Shown here: positions 47,733-56,874 of the stretch, in pieces
Position numbering within the stretch: position 1 is the first letter of the stretch
Layout: every line of letters starts with the position of its first letter
Assembly (NCBI GenBank): GCA_963765205.1
Contig: CAVXVB010000005.1
Span: 576,001-640,000, forward strand
DNA length: 64,000 bases
Reading direction: 5' to 3'
Source: an uncultured Verrucomicrobiae bacterium
Lineage (GTDB): Bacteria > Verrucomicrobiota > Verrucomicrobiia > Opitutales > JABDGR01
The notes under the pieces: generated by a model
What the model was told of the DNA's origin: nothing
The model's database searches: none
Seen by the model: only the letters and a program-made list of their open reading frames with translations
Translations under genes and position numbers: made by a program

Positions 47733-48881
47733 ATGAAAAACCGTTTTTTGATTCTGATCCCGTTGGGCCTCGCCTTGTCCGCCCGCGCGCAACTGGCCGT
47801 GTCCACCAACGACGCGCACGCCGAACTGGTCAACGGCGTCATCACTGTGCCGAAAAATCCGCCGCCGGACACGCTGGCGGTTATTGATTTGTCCGCCACG
47901 CCGCCCAAGCTCGTGGCGGAAATCGCGGGCGTCCCCGGCAGCGTCATTGGGCCGCCGTTCAGCGTGGCCGTCACCCCCGACGAGCATTACGCGCTCGTCA
48001 CCGACTGCATGAAAGTGGACCCCGCTGACCCGACGAAAACGACCACGGACAACCGCCTGACCGTGGTGGACATCCAGGGCGCCGCGCCGCACGTCGTGGC
48101 GACGCTGCCGACCGGCCAGGGGCCGTCCGGCCTGGCCATCAACCGCGCGGGCACGCTCGCGCTCGTGGCCAACCGTGGGGAAGGCACGATTTCCATTTTT
48201 TCCATCAATGGCGCGACCGTCACGCCAGAAGGCACGCTGACGATTGGCAACGCCACCTCGGCGCTCGGCACGGTGGCCATCACGCCCGACGGCAAACGCG
48301 CGCTCGTCAGCCGCGACGGCGACAACCTGGTGACCGTCCTCAACATTGACGGCGTGAAAGTCACGCTCGCCGGGCGCGATGTGCGCACGGGCTTGCGGCC
48401 CTACGGCGTGGACATCACGCGCGACGGCCATTACGCCGTCGTCGGCAACGTCGGCTACGGCAATGGCGACGTGGACACCATCGCGCTGCTCGACCTGCAG
48501 GCCGACCCCGTGCGCGTGGTGGACATCGCACCGGTGCCGCAGACCCCCGAAGGCGTCAAACTTTCGCCCGATGGCACAATTTGCGCGGTCATCGCGCAGG
48601 ACGGCAGCAACAAGCCCAAGGAATCGCCCTTCTACCACGACCACGGCCAACTGGTTTTGTTGCGCATTCGCGCCGGCAAATTTGCGCCGCTGGCGAGCGC
48701 GCCCATCGGCCATTGGTCGCAAGGCGCGGCCTTTTCCGCCGATGGCCGGACCATTCTCGTCGGCAACATGGTCGAGAAGAACATCCAAGTTTTCACCTGG
48801 GATGGCCAAACGCTGCGCGACACCGGCGCCACCATCCCCCTCCACGGCGGCTCCGCCGCCATCAGCACGGCGGCGAAGTAG
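47733..48881 (+). CDS. Secreted YncE/YVTN-like beta-propeller protein
   Basis: Signal peptide; repeats VAVTPD, LAINRAG, VAITPDG, VDITRDG, LSPDG, AFSADG. Confidence 0.85.
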   Translation: MKNRFLILIPLGLALSARAQLAVSTNDAHAELVNGVITVPKNPPPDTLAVIDLSATPPKLVAEIAGVPGSVIGPPFSVAVTPDEHYALVTDCMKVDPADPTKTTTDNRLTVVDIQGAAPHVVATLPTGQGPSGLAINRAGTLALVANRGEGTISIFSINGATVTPEGTLTIGNATSALGTVAITPDGKRALVSRDGDNLVTVLNIDGVKVTLAGRDVRTGLRPYGVDITRDGHYAVVGNVGYGNGDVDTIALLDLQADPVRVVDIAPVPQTPEGVKLSPDGTICAVIAQDGSNKPKESPFYHDHGQLVLLRIRAGKFAPLASAPIGHWSQGAAFSADGRTILVGNMVEKNIQVFTWDGQTLRDTGATIPLHGGSAAISTAAK

Positions 48882-49056
48882 TTACGGGTTTCGAGCCGTG
48901 CGACTTGCGATTTATCGAATGCTGCTTGGATTCAAAACCTCGGTCACAATTCCTTTTTGGATCCGGCCACCCAAGTGGTGATGCTCCAAGCTGGCCGATT
49001 CATGAGTGATGTTTCCAGTAACCCGCACGGCGTAGCCATGCGTAACTTTTGAATGG

Positions 49057-49977
49057 CTATGGGGATGCGGCGGCTTGCTGGGCCTTCTTCCGCTGCGGGT
49101 AGAGCGTGTTCAAGAAGTCGTCCGGAGTATATAATTGCCCGGCTTCTATGCCGTGTAGTTTGTTGGCATCAAGCGGATAAATTAAGTTCGTGCCATCAGT
49201 CTCGGCGTGGAGCCAAATCACCCTTTCTCGGCCAGGCAGGGGCGGTCCCGTGGGGAGAATCAACAGCCGCACTTCGAATGATCCCGCCTTTACCTGATCC
49301 AACGCGGCCACTTCTTCAAGCGCAGTTACGATCGACTCATTGGTGCCGCCAAAATTCGTGGATACATCTATTTGGCCGTTTCCCATGACTCGCGCCTCTG
49401 CGAAAGAAACTTGCTGGCCGCCCTCTTCGACCAGGTAGATGAATCCCGCGGGCTTGGCGAGCTCCAACCCCGCGCCTTGGATGATGGCGTTGCGATTAGC
49501 CAGATTATATTGGGCGAGTGGTTGCATAATCTCCACATGGTCGGGGTCGGTGATAAATTTTGTTGCAAGACCATCGTCTAAGCTCTCTTGGACAAGCGCA
49601 GTCCCATCCGCATAGCCGGCGGCAAAGCGAAGGTTGCCGAAATCCTTCACGGTCGAGACCTGAGTGACGTCTTCTGGTTTCAGCGGTGCAGGGCCAGGTA
49701 GGTTGGTCGGCGGTTGGATGGTTCGGGCCTGGTTCAGCGTTAGTTGGGGAGTGATGGTAGGAGTCGTGAATAGCGCGATAGCTGGCGACGAGGTGGGGAT
49801 TGGCGAAGAGGTCGGAGTTGGTGCGGAGGCCGGAGTGTTCGCGTTTGCGCGTGGCGAGAGTACTGTAATGGCAGCGGCGGTCGTCGTGGTGGCTGTATGA
49901 CCAAGCCACCAGCAGGCCAAGGCGACGAAGAGCACCAGCGCGAGAAGAAGAATACTGCGCAACCTGGGGGATTTCAT
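49057..49977 (-). CDS. Hypothetical membrane-anchored protein with Thr/Pro-rich linker
   Basis: N-terminal hydrophobic anchor, PTPTSSPIPTSSP linker, globular C-terminus. Confidence 0.75.
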   Translation of the reverse strand: MKSPRLRSILLLALVLFVALACWWLGHTATTTTAAAITVLSPRANANTPASAPTPTSSPIPTSSPAIALFTTPTITPQLTLNQARTIQPPTNLPGPAPLKPEDVTQVSTVKDFGNLRFAAGYADGTALVQESLDDGLATKFITDPDHVEIMQPLAQYNLANRNAIIQGAGLELAKPAGFIYLVEEGGQQVSFAEARVMGNGQIDVSTNFGGTNESIVTALEEVAALDQVKAGSFEVRLLILPTGPPLPGRERVIWLHAETDGTNLIYPLDANKLHGIEAGQLYTPDDFLNTLYPQRKKAQQAAASP

Positions 49978-50103
49978 GCGAGGCAATTGAGGCGAGGGGG
50001 CGATAGTCAATTATCCGCCACCATCAAACCCCAGCAAACCCAAAAAAAGCAATTACCTCTACTTTAATCAACAGAGGCCTGAACTTTCCTACTCGAAACA
50101 AGC

Positions 50104-53100
50104 TTATTTGTTTGCCGCCGCCGCAGGTGGGGGATTTTCAGCCTCGATTTTTTTCAGCAACTCGACGGCTTGGGGATAATAGTCGTCGTTGTGGGAGTAT
50201 TTCACGTAGAGGCGCAGGGGCTGGAGCGCCTCGGGGCGGCGGTTTAATTGCACGAGGGCCTGGGCCTGGTTCCAATAGGTGTCGTAATTGGTCGGGTTGC
50301 GCGCGAGGTAGCTGGTGGCGGCGTCGAGCGCGCCGGCCCAGTCGCCCTGCAAGCGGGCGTCCTCCATGCGCACGACGTCGCGCGAATTTTCGTTGCGCAT
50401 CGTGGCGAGCAGGGCGGTGATCCATTCCCGCGGATAAAGCTTGGGGTCGCCAAGCGCGCGGGCGAGGTCGAAGACTGGCTCGATAGTGTCCATGTCCGGC
50501 AAGGCCCAACTGGCCACGATCGCCTTGGCGGCCTCCTGGTGGGCGACGTCGGTGGCGCGCGTGAGCGCCGCGGCCTTGTTGAGCAGGCGCAGCGCCTTGA
50601 TGTAACCGCCGAGCACAGGCTGCTGCTTGAAGTCGTCCTCGGGCCGCGCGGCAATGAGTTTCTGAAGGTTGTCGCGGTCGCCCTGCTGGAAGTAATAGTC
50701 GAAGGCCAGGCGGAGCTTGAAGGGGTCGAGGTCGGCGGCGGCGAGCGACCCGAAATCGGCGGCGGGGTCAATGGCCTGGCCGACGCGCCATTTCATCAAA
50801 GTGTCGTAATATTGGATAAAACCGCCGGCCTTGGGGAACTCCGTGGCGCGGGCGGGGGCGAGGTCGGCCCAGCCGCGGCGGGCGACGTCGGGGTTGTCGA
50901 AGTCCACGACGGAAGTGAAGTAGCAGGCGGCGTAAAAGCGGTCCTCGTCGCGCGTGGCCAGTTTTTGGGCGGTTTCAAAGAGCTTCATGCGCAGGTCGCT
51001 GTCCGCAGGATCAAAGCTGAGGGTCTGGGCATAATCCATAAAGACTTGCAGGGGATAGCGCCCATAGGGCAGGCGGTCGCGGATGAAGACGAGCAAGCCC
51101 TGGTGGACTTCGTCCTGGGTGAGGAGCGAGAGGTCGGGATTCCACGGGTCGTTCAACTGCTGCCAGGCGGCGGGCCATTGGGCGGCGGCGGCCTGCGGTT
51201 GCGAGTCGAGGATGAGCTGGCGCATGGCTTCGGCCACGGGCTGCACGTTCTTGTAAGTATCCAGCAGCGGTCCGACGCTGTCTTTCAAATCCTTATAGTC
51301 CTGCGCGGCTTCGCCGGCGAGCTGGGACCGCCCCAATTGGTTGAAGTCCCCCTGCGCAGTATCCACCGCGTTCAGACTGGCCAGGACATTGATGATGCGC
51401 GCCAGCAGCAGCACGCTGGGGTGGCGGATGGCGGGCAGCGCGAGAACCTTGAGCGCAAACGCTTGCTGCGCGTCCACGGTGAGGGGCTGGGCGAGATAGT
51501 CGTCCCACAAATCGAAATCCGCTCGATCATCGGCCTCGGTTGTGCTGCCCGAGGGGGTGCTCGCGAACATTTTTTCCGCCGTCGCCCGCTGGCCGGTGAC
51601 CAAGAGATGCAACGTGGTTTGGGACCAGGCGAGGTAACGCAAATCCGAGGGCATTTCCGCGCGCGCGGTGAAGGCATTGGTTCCGTCCGCCAGCGCCGGC
51701 CCGCTCGCAAACATATCCGGATAACCTTCCAGCGCCATTTCCAAGGCGACGACACGCACGGAAAGCGAGGCGGTGTGGTCCAGCGCGCGGTTGAAATCCT
51801 GGGTGACTTCCACGACCGGGTCGTCCACCTTGCTCAAAAGGTCGGCCTGGGCCGGGGCCGTCGCATAATTATACCAAGGCAGGGCCGCCTGCTGCCACCA
51901 GCCGTCGAGGCCCACTTCCAGCCCCTTGCCCTGCAGGGCGCGCTGGTTCAAGTTGTCGAGCGTGGTTTGCAGCGCCTGGCGGATGGCGAGGTTGGGGTCG
52001 CCCGGGTCGGCGGGTTGCGCCAGTTCCTTGATGAGCAGGGCGCGCGCGTCCGCATCCCGCCCCAGCGAGGTGTATAAGTCATTCAACACCGCGACGGCCC
52101 AGAGCCGCTGGGTGCCGTGCGCGGCGGGGTCGGCGAGGGTCTGGGCGAGGAGGGCGGCGGCGGCCGCGCCAAATTTCGCGGTGGAATTCGAGCGCAAAAC
52201 CGTGAAGCCGAAAAGCCGCGCCAGCGCCTGGCCGGTCGTGCCCTCGGAGCCGTATTTATCCAGGAGGCTTTGGACCAGGTCGCGGGCCACGTCGGGTTTG
52301 TCATCGTTCACCAAGGCGGCCGCGCGCAATTGGGCGAGACTTTCCAACACGTCCTTTTCGCCCGCGGGCAGATTACTTTCCAGGACTTCGCCGAGGGCCA
52401 AAATATCGTCCGCGTGGTCGGGCGCGAGGGGAATGCCCTCATACAGTTTGCGGGCCGCCTCAATGAGGTCGGCCGGGCGAAAGCGCCCGGATTGAAACCA
52501 TTGGTCCGTGGCTTGAAAATAAATGGCGGCATTTTTTTGGCTCAGGGCGATGCTGGCCTGGGCCTCGAGCTGGGGATAACTCTCAATATAGGGCGCCAGC
52601 AAGGCCGGCGAGGATTTGACGACGCCCAGCTTGGCCGCCAGCATATTCCATTGCGCCAGCCAGGCTTGCTGGTGATCCCAATAGGCGCGGGCCATTTGGG
52701 GGTCGGCGGTCAGGTTGAGCATATCCTGGATGGCGGGCGCATTCGTCGCGTATTGGTTGAGGATCTCCGCCGGGGCGGCGCGCAATTGGTTGATGACCGC
52801 CAGGGCGTCGTCCGTGCGGCCGAGTTCGAGCAACAACAAGCTTGCGCGCAGCAGCGCCTCGCTGGCGGAAGCGCCCGTCGTCAAATCCTGGCCAGCAATC
52901 CGGTAGGCGGCGATGGCCTCGTCCGTTTGTCCCATATTCTCGTGCAAGTATCCGGCGGTGCCCGCGGCCTCCGCGCGCACGGCCGGCGCGGTTTCCGGCT
53001 GGTTCATCAACCGGTGGAGCACGGCCAGCGCGGCCTCCGGCCCGCCGAGGCCCAGGAAGTATTTCGCCTGCCGCATGCGGATTTGCTGCACCGCGTCCGC

Positions 53101-53589
53101 CGCGGCGGGGAATTGGTCGGCCAGTTCAAAGGTCAGCGTGAGCAGGCCATTGTCATCCATGCTGGGTTCCGCCAGCACTTTGTTCAGGCCGGCCAGCACG
53201 TCGAGGTAGTCCTGCGGGTCCGGGGGCAGCTTGGTGAGGTAATACAGGTAGGTGTCGGCGAGGTCCTGGAAATTGTTGCCCGCTTCGAAAACCTTGATGC
53301 GCTCGTTGGCCTGGTCGCGGTCGAAGTTCATGGCGGAAATGGCGTCCCAGTGTTTGGGTTCCATCTTCTGCAAAAACGCCGCCAGGGCGTCGCGTGCCGC
53401 AGCCTCCGGGCCGGCGGCGGGACGCGGGGCGGCCGGGTTCGCCGCCGGGGCGGCGACCGGGCTGGCGGGCGCCGCGTCCGCGCCCCAGGCCGGCCAGGCC
53501 AACACCGTGATTGCGGCCAGAACAACGGCGCTCGAACGCCAAAGCCGCGAGTTAAAAAGATGTTGTTGGTGTGGTCGCCTCATTCGCAT
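50104..53589 (-). CDS. Large secreted TPR/helical-repeat protein
   Basis: 1161 aa; signal peptide ending AWG/ADA; TPR-like units (GQTDEAIAAY, GRTDDALAVI, NRRPEALQPL). Confidence 0.8.
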   Translation of the reverse strand: MRMRRPHQQHLFNSRLWRSSAVVLAAITVLAWPAWGADAAPASPVAAPAANPAAPRPAAGPEAAARDALAAFLQKMEPKHWDAISAMNFDRDQANERIKVFEAGNNFQDLADTYLYYLTKLPPDPQDYLDVLAGLNKVLAEPSMDDNGLLTLTFELADQFPAAADAVQQIRMRQAKYFLGLGGPEAALAVLHRLMNQPETAPAVRAEAAGTAGYLHENMGQTDEAIAAYRIAGQDLTTGASASEALLRASLLLLELGRTDDALAVINQLRAAPAEILNQYATNAPAIQDMLNLTADPQMARAYWDHQQAWLAQWNMLAAKLGVVKSSPALLAPYIESYPQLEAQASIALSQKNAAIYFQATDQWFQSGRFRPADLIEAARKLYEGIPLAPDHADDILALGEVLESNLPAGEKDVLESLAQLRAAALVNDDKPDVARDLVQSLLDKYGSEGTTGQALARLFGFTVLRSNSTAKFGAAAAALLAQTLADPAAHGTQRLWAVAVLNDLYTSLGRDADARALLIKELAQPADPGDPNLAIRQALQTTLDNLNQRALQGKGLEVGLDGWWQQAALPWYNYATAPAQADLLSKVDDPVVEVTQDFNRALDHTASLSVRVVALEMALEGYPDMFASGPALADGTNAFTARAEMPSDLRYLAWSQTTLHLLVTGQRATAEKMFASTPSGSTTEADDRADFDLWDDYLAQPLTVDAQQAFALKVLALPAIRHPSVLLLARIINVLASLNAVDTAQGDFNQLGRSQLAGEAAQDYKDLKDSVGPLLDTYKNVQPVAEAMRQLILDSQPQAAAAQWPAAWQQLNDPWNPDLSLLTQDEVHQGLLVFIRDRLPYGRYPLQVFMDYAQTLSFDPADSDLRMKLFETAQKLATRDEDRFYAACYFTSVVDFDNPDVARRGWADLAPARATEFPKAGGFIQYYDTLMKWRVGQAIDPAADFGSLAAADLDPFKLRLAFDYYFQQGDRDNLQKLIAARPEDDFKQQPVLGGYIKALRLLNKAAALTRATDVAHQEAAKAIVASWALPDMDTIEPVFDLARALGDPKLYPREWITALLATMRNENSRDVVRMEDARLQGDWAGALDAATSYLARNPTNYDTYWNQAQALVQLNRRPEALQPLRLYVKYSHNDDYYPQAVELLKKIEAENPPPAAAANK

Positions 53590-54085
53590 CGGGCCGGGGG
53601 TTGCTCAAATTGGACATTATTTCGTGAAAAGAGTGCCATGGCAATGGCGAAGATGCCAGGAACATGACTCGTTTGAAATCCAGAAAACGTCTTTGGGATT
53701 GTGTGGGCGGATGAATGTGGGGCGGTGGGGGAGGGGGGAAGTTAGAAGTTAGGAGCGAGGAGCTGGAAGTTTATATCTGCGTCGTTTGTCAATTCAGTGG
53801 CGGAATTTTTTTTATTTTTTTGGTTTGATTGGGTTGGATTTACTCCGATTGGGTGGGTCGAGGTGGGGAGTGGGCGGCGGGGATTGGAGTGGGGCACGGG
53901 GCGCAAATATAATCGAAAACGAGCGGGCTGGCCAACGTTGGGTTGGCTGCGTTGGATTGGTTGGATGGGTTTGATGGGTTGGGCGGGAAGAAAAGGAGGA
54001 AGGATGAGGGAGGGATGAAGGATGAAATCGGAAACAGCGCAGTTAAGGGGTTGACGGCCAGGCCGGGTGGCGCCATTGTATATCC

Positions 54086-54328
54086 ATGAAAACGGAAATT
54101 CGACGGTGGGGCAACAGCCTGGCCTTGCGGATTCCCCGGGCGTTTGCGGCGGAGACCGCACTGCGGGAGGGGTCGGCGGTGGATTTGTCGGTGCGGCGGG
54201 GGCGGTTGGTGGTCGCGCCGGAGCGCCGGACGAAATACCATTTGGCGGATTTGCTGCGAAACCTCAAGCCGGCGCAGTTGCCGGGCGAACAGTTCACCGA
54301 CGACGCCGTGGGCAGGGAGATTTGGTGA
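54086..54328 (+). CDS. mazE: MazE/AbrB-family antitoxin
   Basis: MKTEIRRWGNSLALRIP...YHLADLL...VGREIW; TGATG overlap with next gene. Confidence 0.93.
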   Translation: MKTEIRRWGNSLALRIPRAFAAETALREGSAVDLSVRRGRLVVAPERRTKYHLADLLRNLKPAQLPGEQFTDDAVGREIW

Positions 54329-55578
54329 TGGCCGGCTATGTTCCACGCCGGGGCGATTTGGTCTGGCTGCGTTTTTCTCCGCAGGCCGGGCATGAACAGG
54401 CGGGGCACCGGCCGGCCTTGGTGATTTCAGCGGAGAGCTACAACCGTCTCACGGGACTGGCGCTGTTTTGTCCGATTACGAACAAGCGCAAAGGTTATGC
54501 GTTGGTCCTTCTGTTGGGGTTAATTTTGTTAGCTACTTACGAGATCAAGGCTGACACAGCGTCTCTGCCTTCTGCAGCTAAACTGACTGAATTTAAGCCT
54601 GAAAATGGAGGCTTTTCCATTATGACACCAGTAGCCTTGGTCGATCAAACGAGCATAAATAACCTAGCCACTCAGACCCAAATTTTGGCCGGTGGCAAAA
54701 ATTCCTCACAGAGCGCACCTGAATTTCACTTATTTGTTGGGGGTGATAAAACACTCGCTCTGATCGTGGGCTATACAACATTCCCGGCGGATATTGAGCA
54801 CGTTGATCCTAACCGCAGCATAGATATAATTCGTGATGGGCTAGTGAAAGATATGCAGTTGACAAAGCTGGCCGAGAGTCCGTTGACAATTGACGGCCAT
54901 CCAGGACGCGAAATTACCGCTATCAGCACGAAATCCGGTGCCACGCTCAATTTCGATGCGCGGTGTTATACGGTTGGGCAGCGCCTTTACCAGATCATGG
55001 CAGTTATCACGCCAGATAATGCAGACACCATCATGGCAAACAATTTTCTGCAATCGTTTAAGCTATTGCCCAACATTGCCAATGAGGACGTGGCGGGGTC
55101 GGCCCCAAAGGCGAAGGAATATAAATTTACCGAAGGCGGTTTTTCGGTAACATCGCTGGTTCCACTAACCCAAACGACACAGAACCTGAAATCCTCTCAA
55201 GGTGATTATGTTTATGTCCGCCATTTGTTTATGGGCCATGCAGGGTTGATTTATTTCTATGTTGCATATATTGACTCACCTGTGAATGACGAAACTCATC
55301 AGCCAGATTTAAAGTTAAATGCTATGAGGGACGCGACCATAACCGGAATGCATGCAAAGCTGCTGGATGAAAGAAAAGTTTCTATCGATGGGCATCCAGG
55401 AAAAGAATATGATTATATTCGTTCCTTTAACACCCCGCCTGATATCGAATATAAAACGCGAGCCTTTTTGGTTGGCTCCAAGGTTTATGAAGTGACAGTC
55501 TTCGCACCAAAAGATACCTCTGGCGATTCGATTTTAGATTCGTTTCTCAACTCCTTCACACTGTTGCCCAGCCCTTGA
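54328..55578 (+). CDS. Chimeric ORF: N-terminal ~57 aa of MazF in frame with a signal-peptide-bearing, two-repeat exported protein
   Basis: MAGYVPRRGDLVWLRFSPQAGHEQAGHRPALVIS...CPITNKRKGY then ALVLLLGLILLATYEIKA; two repeats each with GGFS, IDGHPGxE and FLxSFxLL. Confidence 0.8.
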   Translation: MAGYVPRRGDLVWLRFSPQAGHEQAGHRPALVISAESYNRLTGLALFCPITNKRKGYALVLLLGLILLATYEIKADTASLPSAAKLTEFKPENGGFSIMTPVALVDQTSINNLATQTQILAGGKNSSQSAPEFHLFVGGDKTLALIVGYTTFPADIEHVDPNRSIDIIRDGLVKDMQLTKLAESPLTIDGHPGREITAISTKSGATLNFDARCYTVGQRLYQIMAVITPDNADTIMANNFLQSFKLLPNIANEDVAGSAPKAKEYKFTEGGFSVTSLVPLTQTTQNLKSSQGDYVYVRHLFMGHAGLIYFYVAYIDSPVNDETHQPDLKLNAMRDATITGMHAKLLDERKVSIDGHPGKEYDYIRSFNTPPDIEYKTRAFLVGSKVYEVTVFAPKDTSGDSILDSFLNSFTLLPSP

Positions 55579-55679
55579 TTGTTTGTTACAAAGCCAAAAA
55601 AAGATCAGGGCCAAAACAGGTTCAGGCTGTTTCTTCTTATCATGATCAAGAACAGTCGAGCAGGGCGATCATTTCCTTT

Positions 55680-56162
55680 TCATTCCGCGGCGGTGCGGGA
55701 GGGGCGGTCGAGGGAGTCTTTGACTTTGTCGAGGATGCCGTTGAGGAAGCGGCGGGAGTCGGGGTTCGAGAAGGTCTTGCCGAGTTCGATGGCTTCGTTG
55801 ATGGTCACTACTGGCGGGATGTCGCGGCGGTGGAGGAGTTCGAAAATCCCGAGGCGCAGGATGGCGAGGTCCACGCGCGCGATGCGGTTGAAGGCCCAGT
55901 TGTGCGCGTGGTTTTTGATGAGTTCGTCAACCGCCGCCTGGTGCTCGAGCAGGCCGTGGATGAGTTCCTCGGCAAAGGCGTAGTATTCGCGCGGGTGCTC
56001 CTGCTCGCTGAAGAAGTGGGTCAGGACGCCGGGCAAATCGTCGCTGGGGTTGGCGTCCCACATATAGAGGAACTGCATCGCGGCGACGCGGCAGTCGCGC
56101 CGGCGGCTGGCTTTGGCCGGGGCGGTGGCCGGGGTGGCCGGGGCGGTTTCGTCGGTGGGCAT
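55680..56162 (-). CDS. nusB: Transcription antitermination factor NusB
   Basis: RRDCRVAAMQFLY, RIARVDLAILRLG, INEAIELGK, FLNGILD. Confidence 0.96.
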   Translation of the reverse strand: MPTDETAPATPATAPAKASRRRDCRVAAMQFLYMWDANPSDDLPGVLTHFFSEQEHPREYYAFAEELIHGLLEHQAAVDELIKNHAHNWAFNRIARVDLAILRLGIFELLHRRDIPPVVTINEAIELGKTFSNPDSRRFLNGILDKVKDSLDRPSRTAAE

Positions 56163-56175
56163 GAAAATTTTTCCT

Positions 56176-56751
56176 TCAGTTGTTCTTGAAAAGCTGTTTC
56201 GGGTCGAAGCCTTCGTCCTCGTCGTCATCGTCTTCTTCCTCGTCGAGGTCTTCCTTTTCGTCTTCCAATTCGTCGAGGCGCTCGACGAGCTGGAGCTTGT
56301 GCCAGGCCATCTGCAAGGCGGCACGGGCAAACTCGGCGCCGCGGTCGCGCGGGGCCACGATGCGTTCGCGCGCCTGCTCGAGCGAATTCACCGTGAGGAT
56401 GCCGTTGATGACGGGAATTTCCGACTGCATGCCAATTGAGTGCAGCGAATAGGCGGTGCCGTAGCTGATGACCTCGTGGTGGGAAGTCTCGCCGGCGACG
56501 ACGACGCCGAGGGCGATCAGGCAGTCGAACTCGCCGGTGGCGGCGAGCATGTGCGCGGCGTAGGGAATCTCGTTCGAGCCGGGGACGCGCAGGATTTCGA
56601 TATTGCGCTCGCGCACGCCGTGCTGGCGCAGCGTGGCCACCACGCGGGCGAGCAGCGCGTCCACCAGTTCGCCGTTATAGCGGGCGGCGACGATGCCGAG
56701 GAAATAGTCCGCGCCGTCAATCTGCGCCGGGTCGGGAGGAGAATCGCTCAT
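56176..56751 (-). CDS. ribH: 6,7-dimethyl-8-ribityllumazine synthase with acidic C-terminal tail
   Basis: GIVAARYN, RVPGSNEIP, LGVVVAGETSH, PVINGILT; upstream of nusB. Confidence 0.95.
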   Translation of the reverse strand: MSDSPPDPAQIDGADYFLGIVAARYNGELVDALLARVVATLRQHGVRERNIEILRVPGSNEIPYAAHMLAATGEFDCLIALGVVVAGETSHHEVISYGTAYSLHSIGMQSEIPVINGILTVNSLEQARERIVAPRDRGAEFARAALQMAWHKLQLVERLDELEDEKEDLDEEEDDDDEDEGFDPKQLFKNN

Positions 56752-56757
56752 GGAGGA

Positions 56758-56794
56758 GAAGTAAGAATTAGGAATTAAGAATTAAGAAGTAAGG
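56758..56794. repeat. 7-mer tandem array
   Basis: GAAGTAA-GAATTAG-GAATTAA-GAATTAA-GAAGTAA. Confidence 0.75.
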
Positions 56795-56874
56795 GCAAGA
56801 ACAGAATGGAAGTTGAAAGGAGAAGCGGCCCAAACCAGCGGCGAGCGCGGCGCAGGCCAAATCCGGAAAAAATC

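Noticed and set aside
54067..54327. N-terminal extension of the 503-aa ORF in the track
   Set aside because: It overlaps mazE in another frame; the credible start is the ATG at 54328 coupled to the mazE stop
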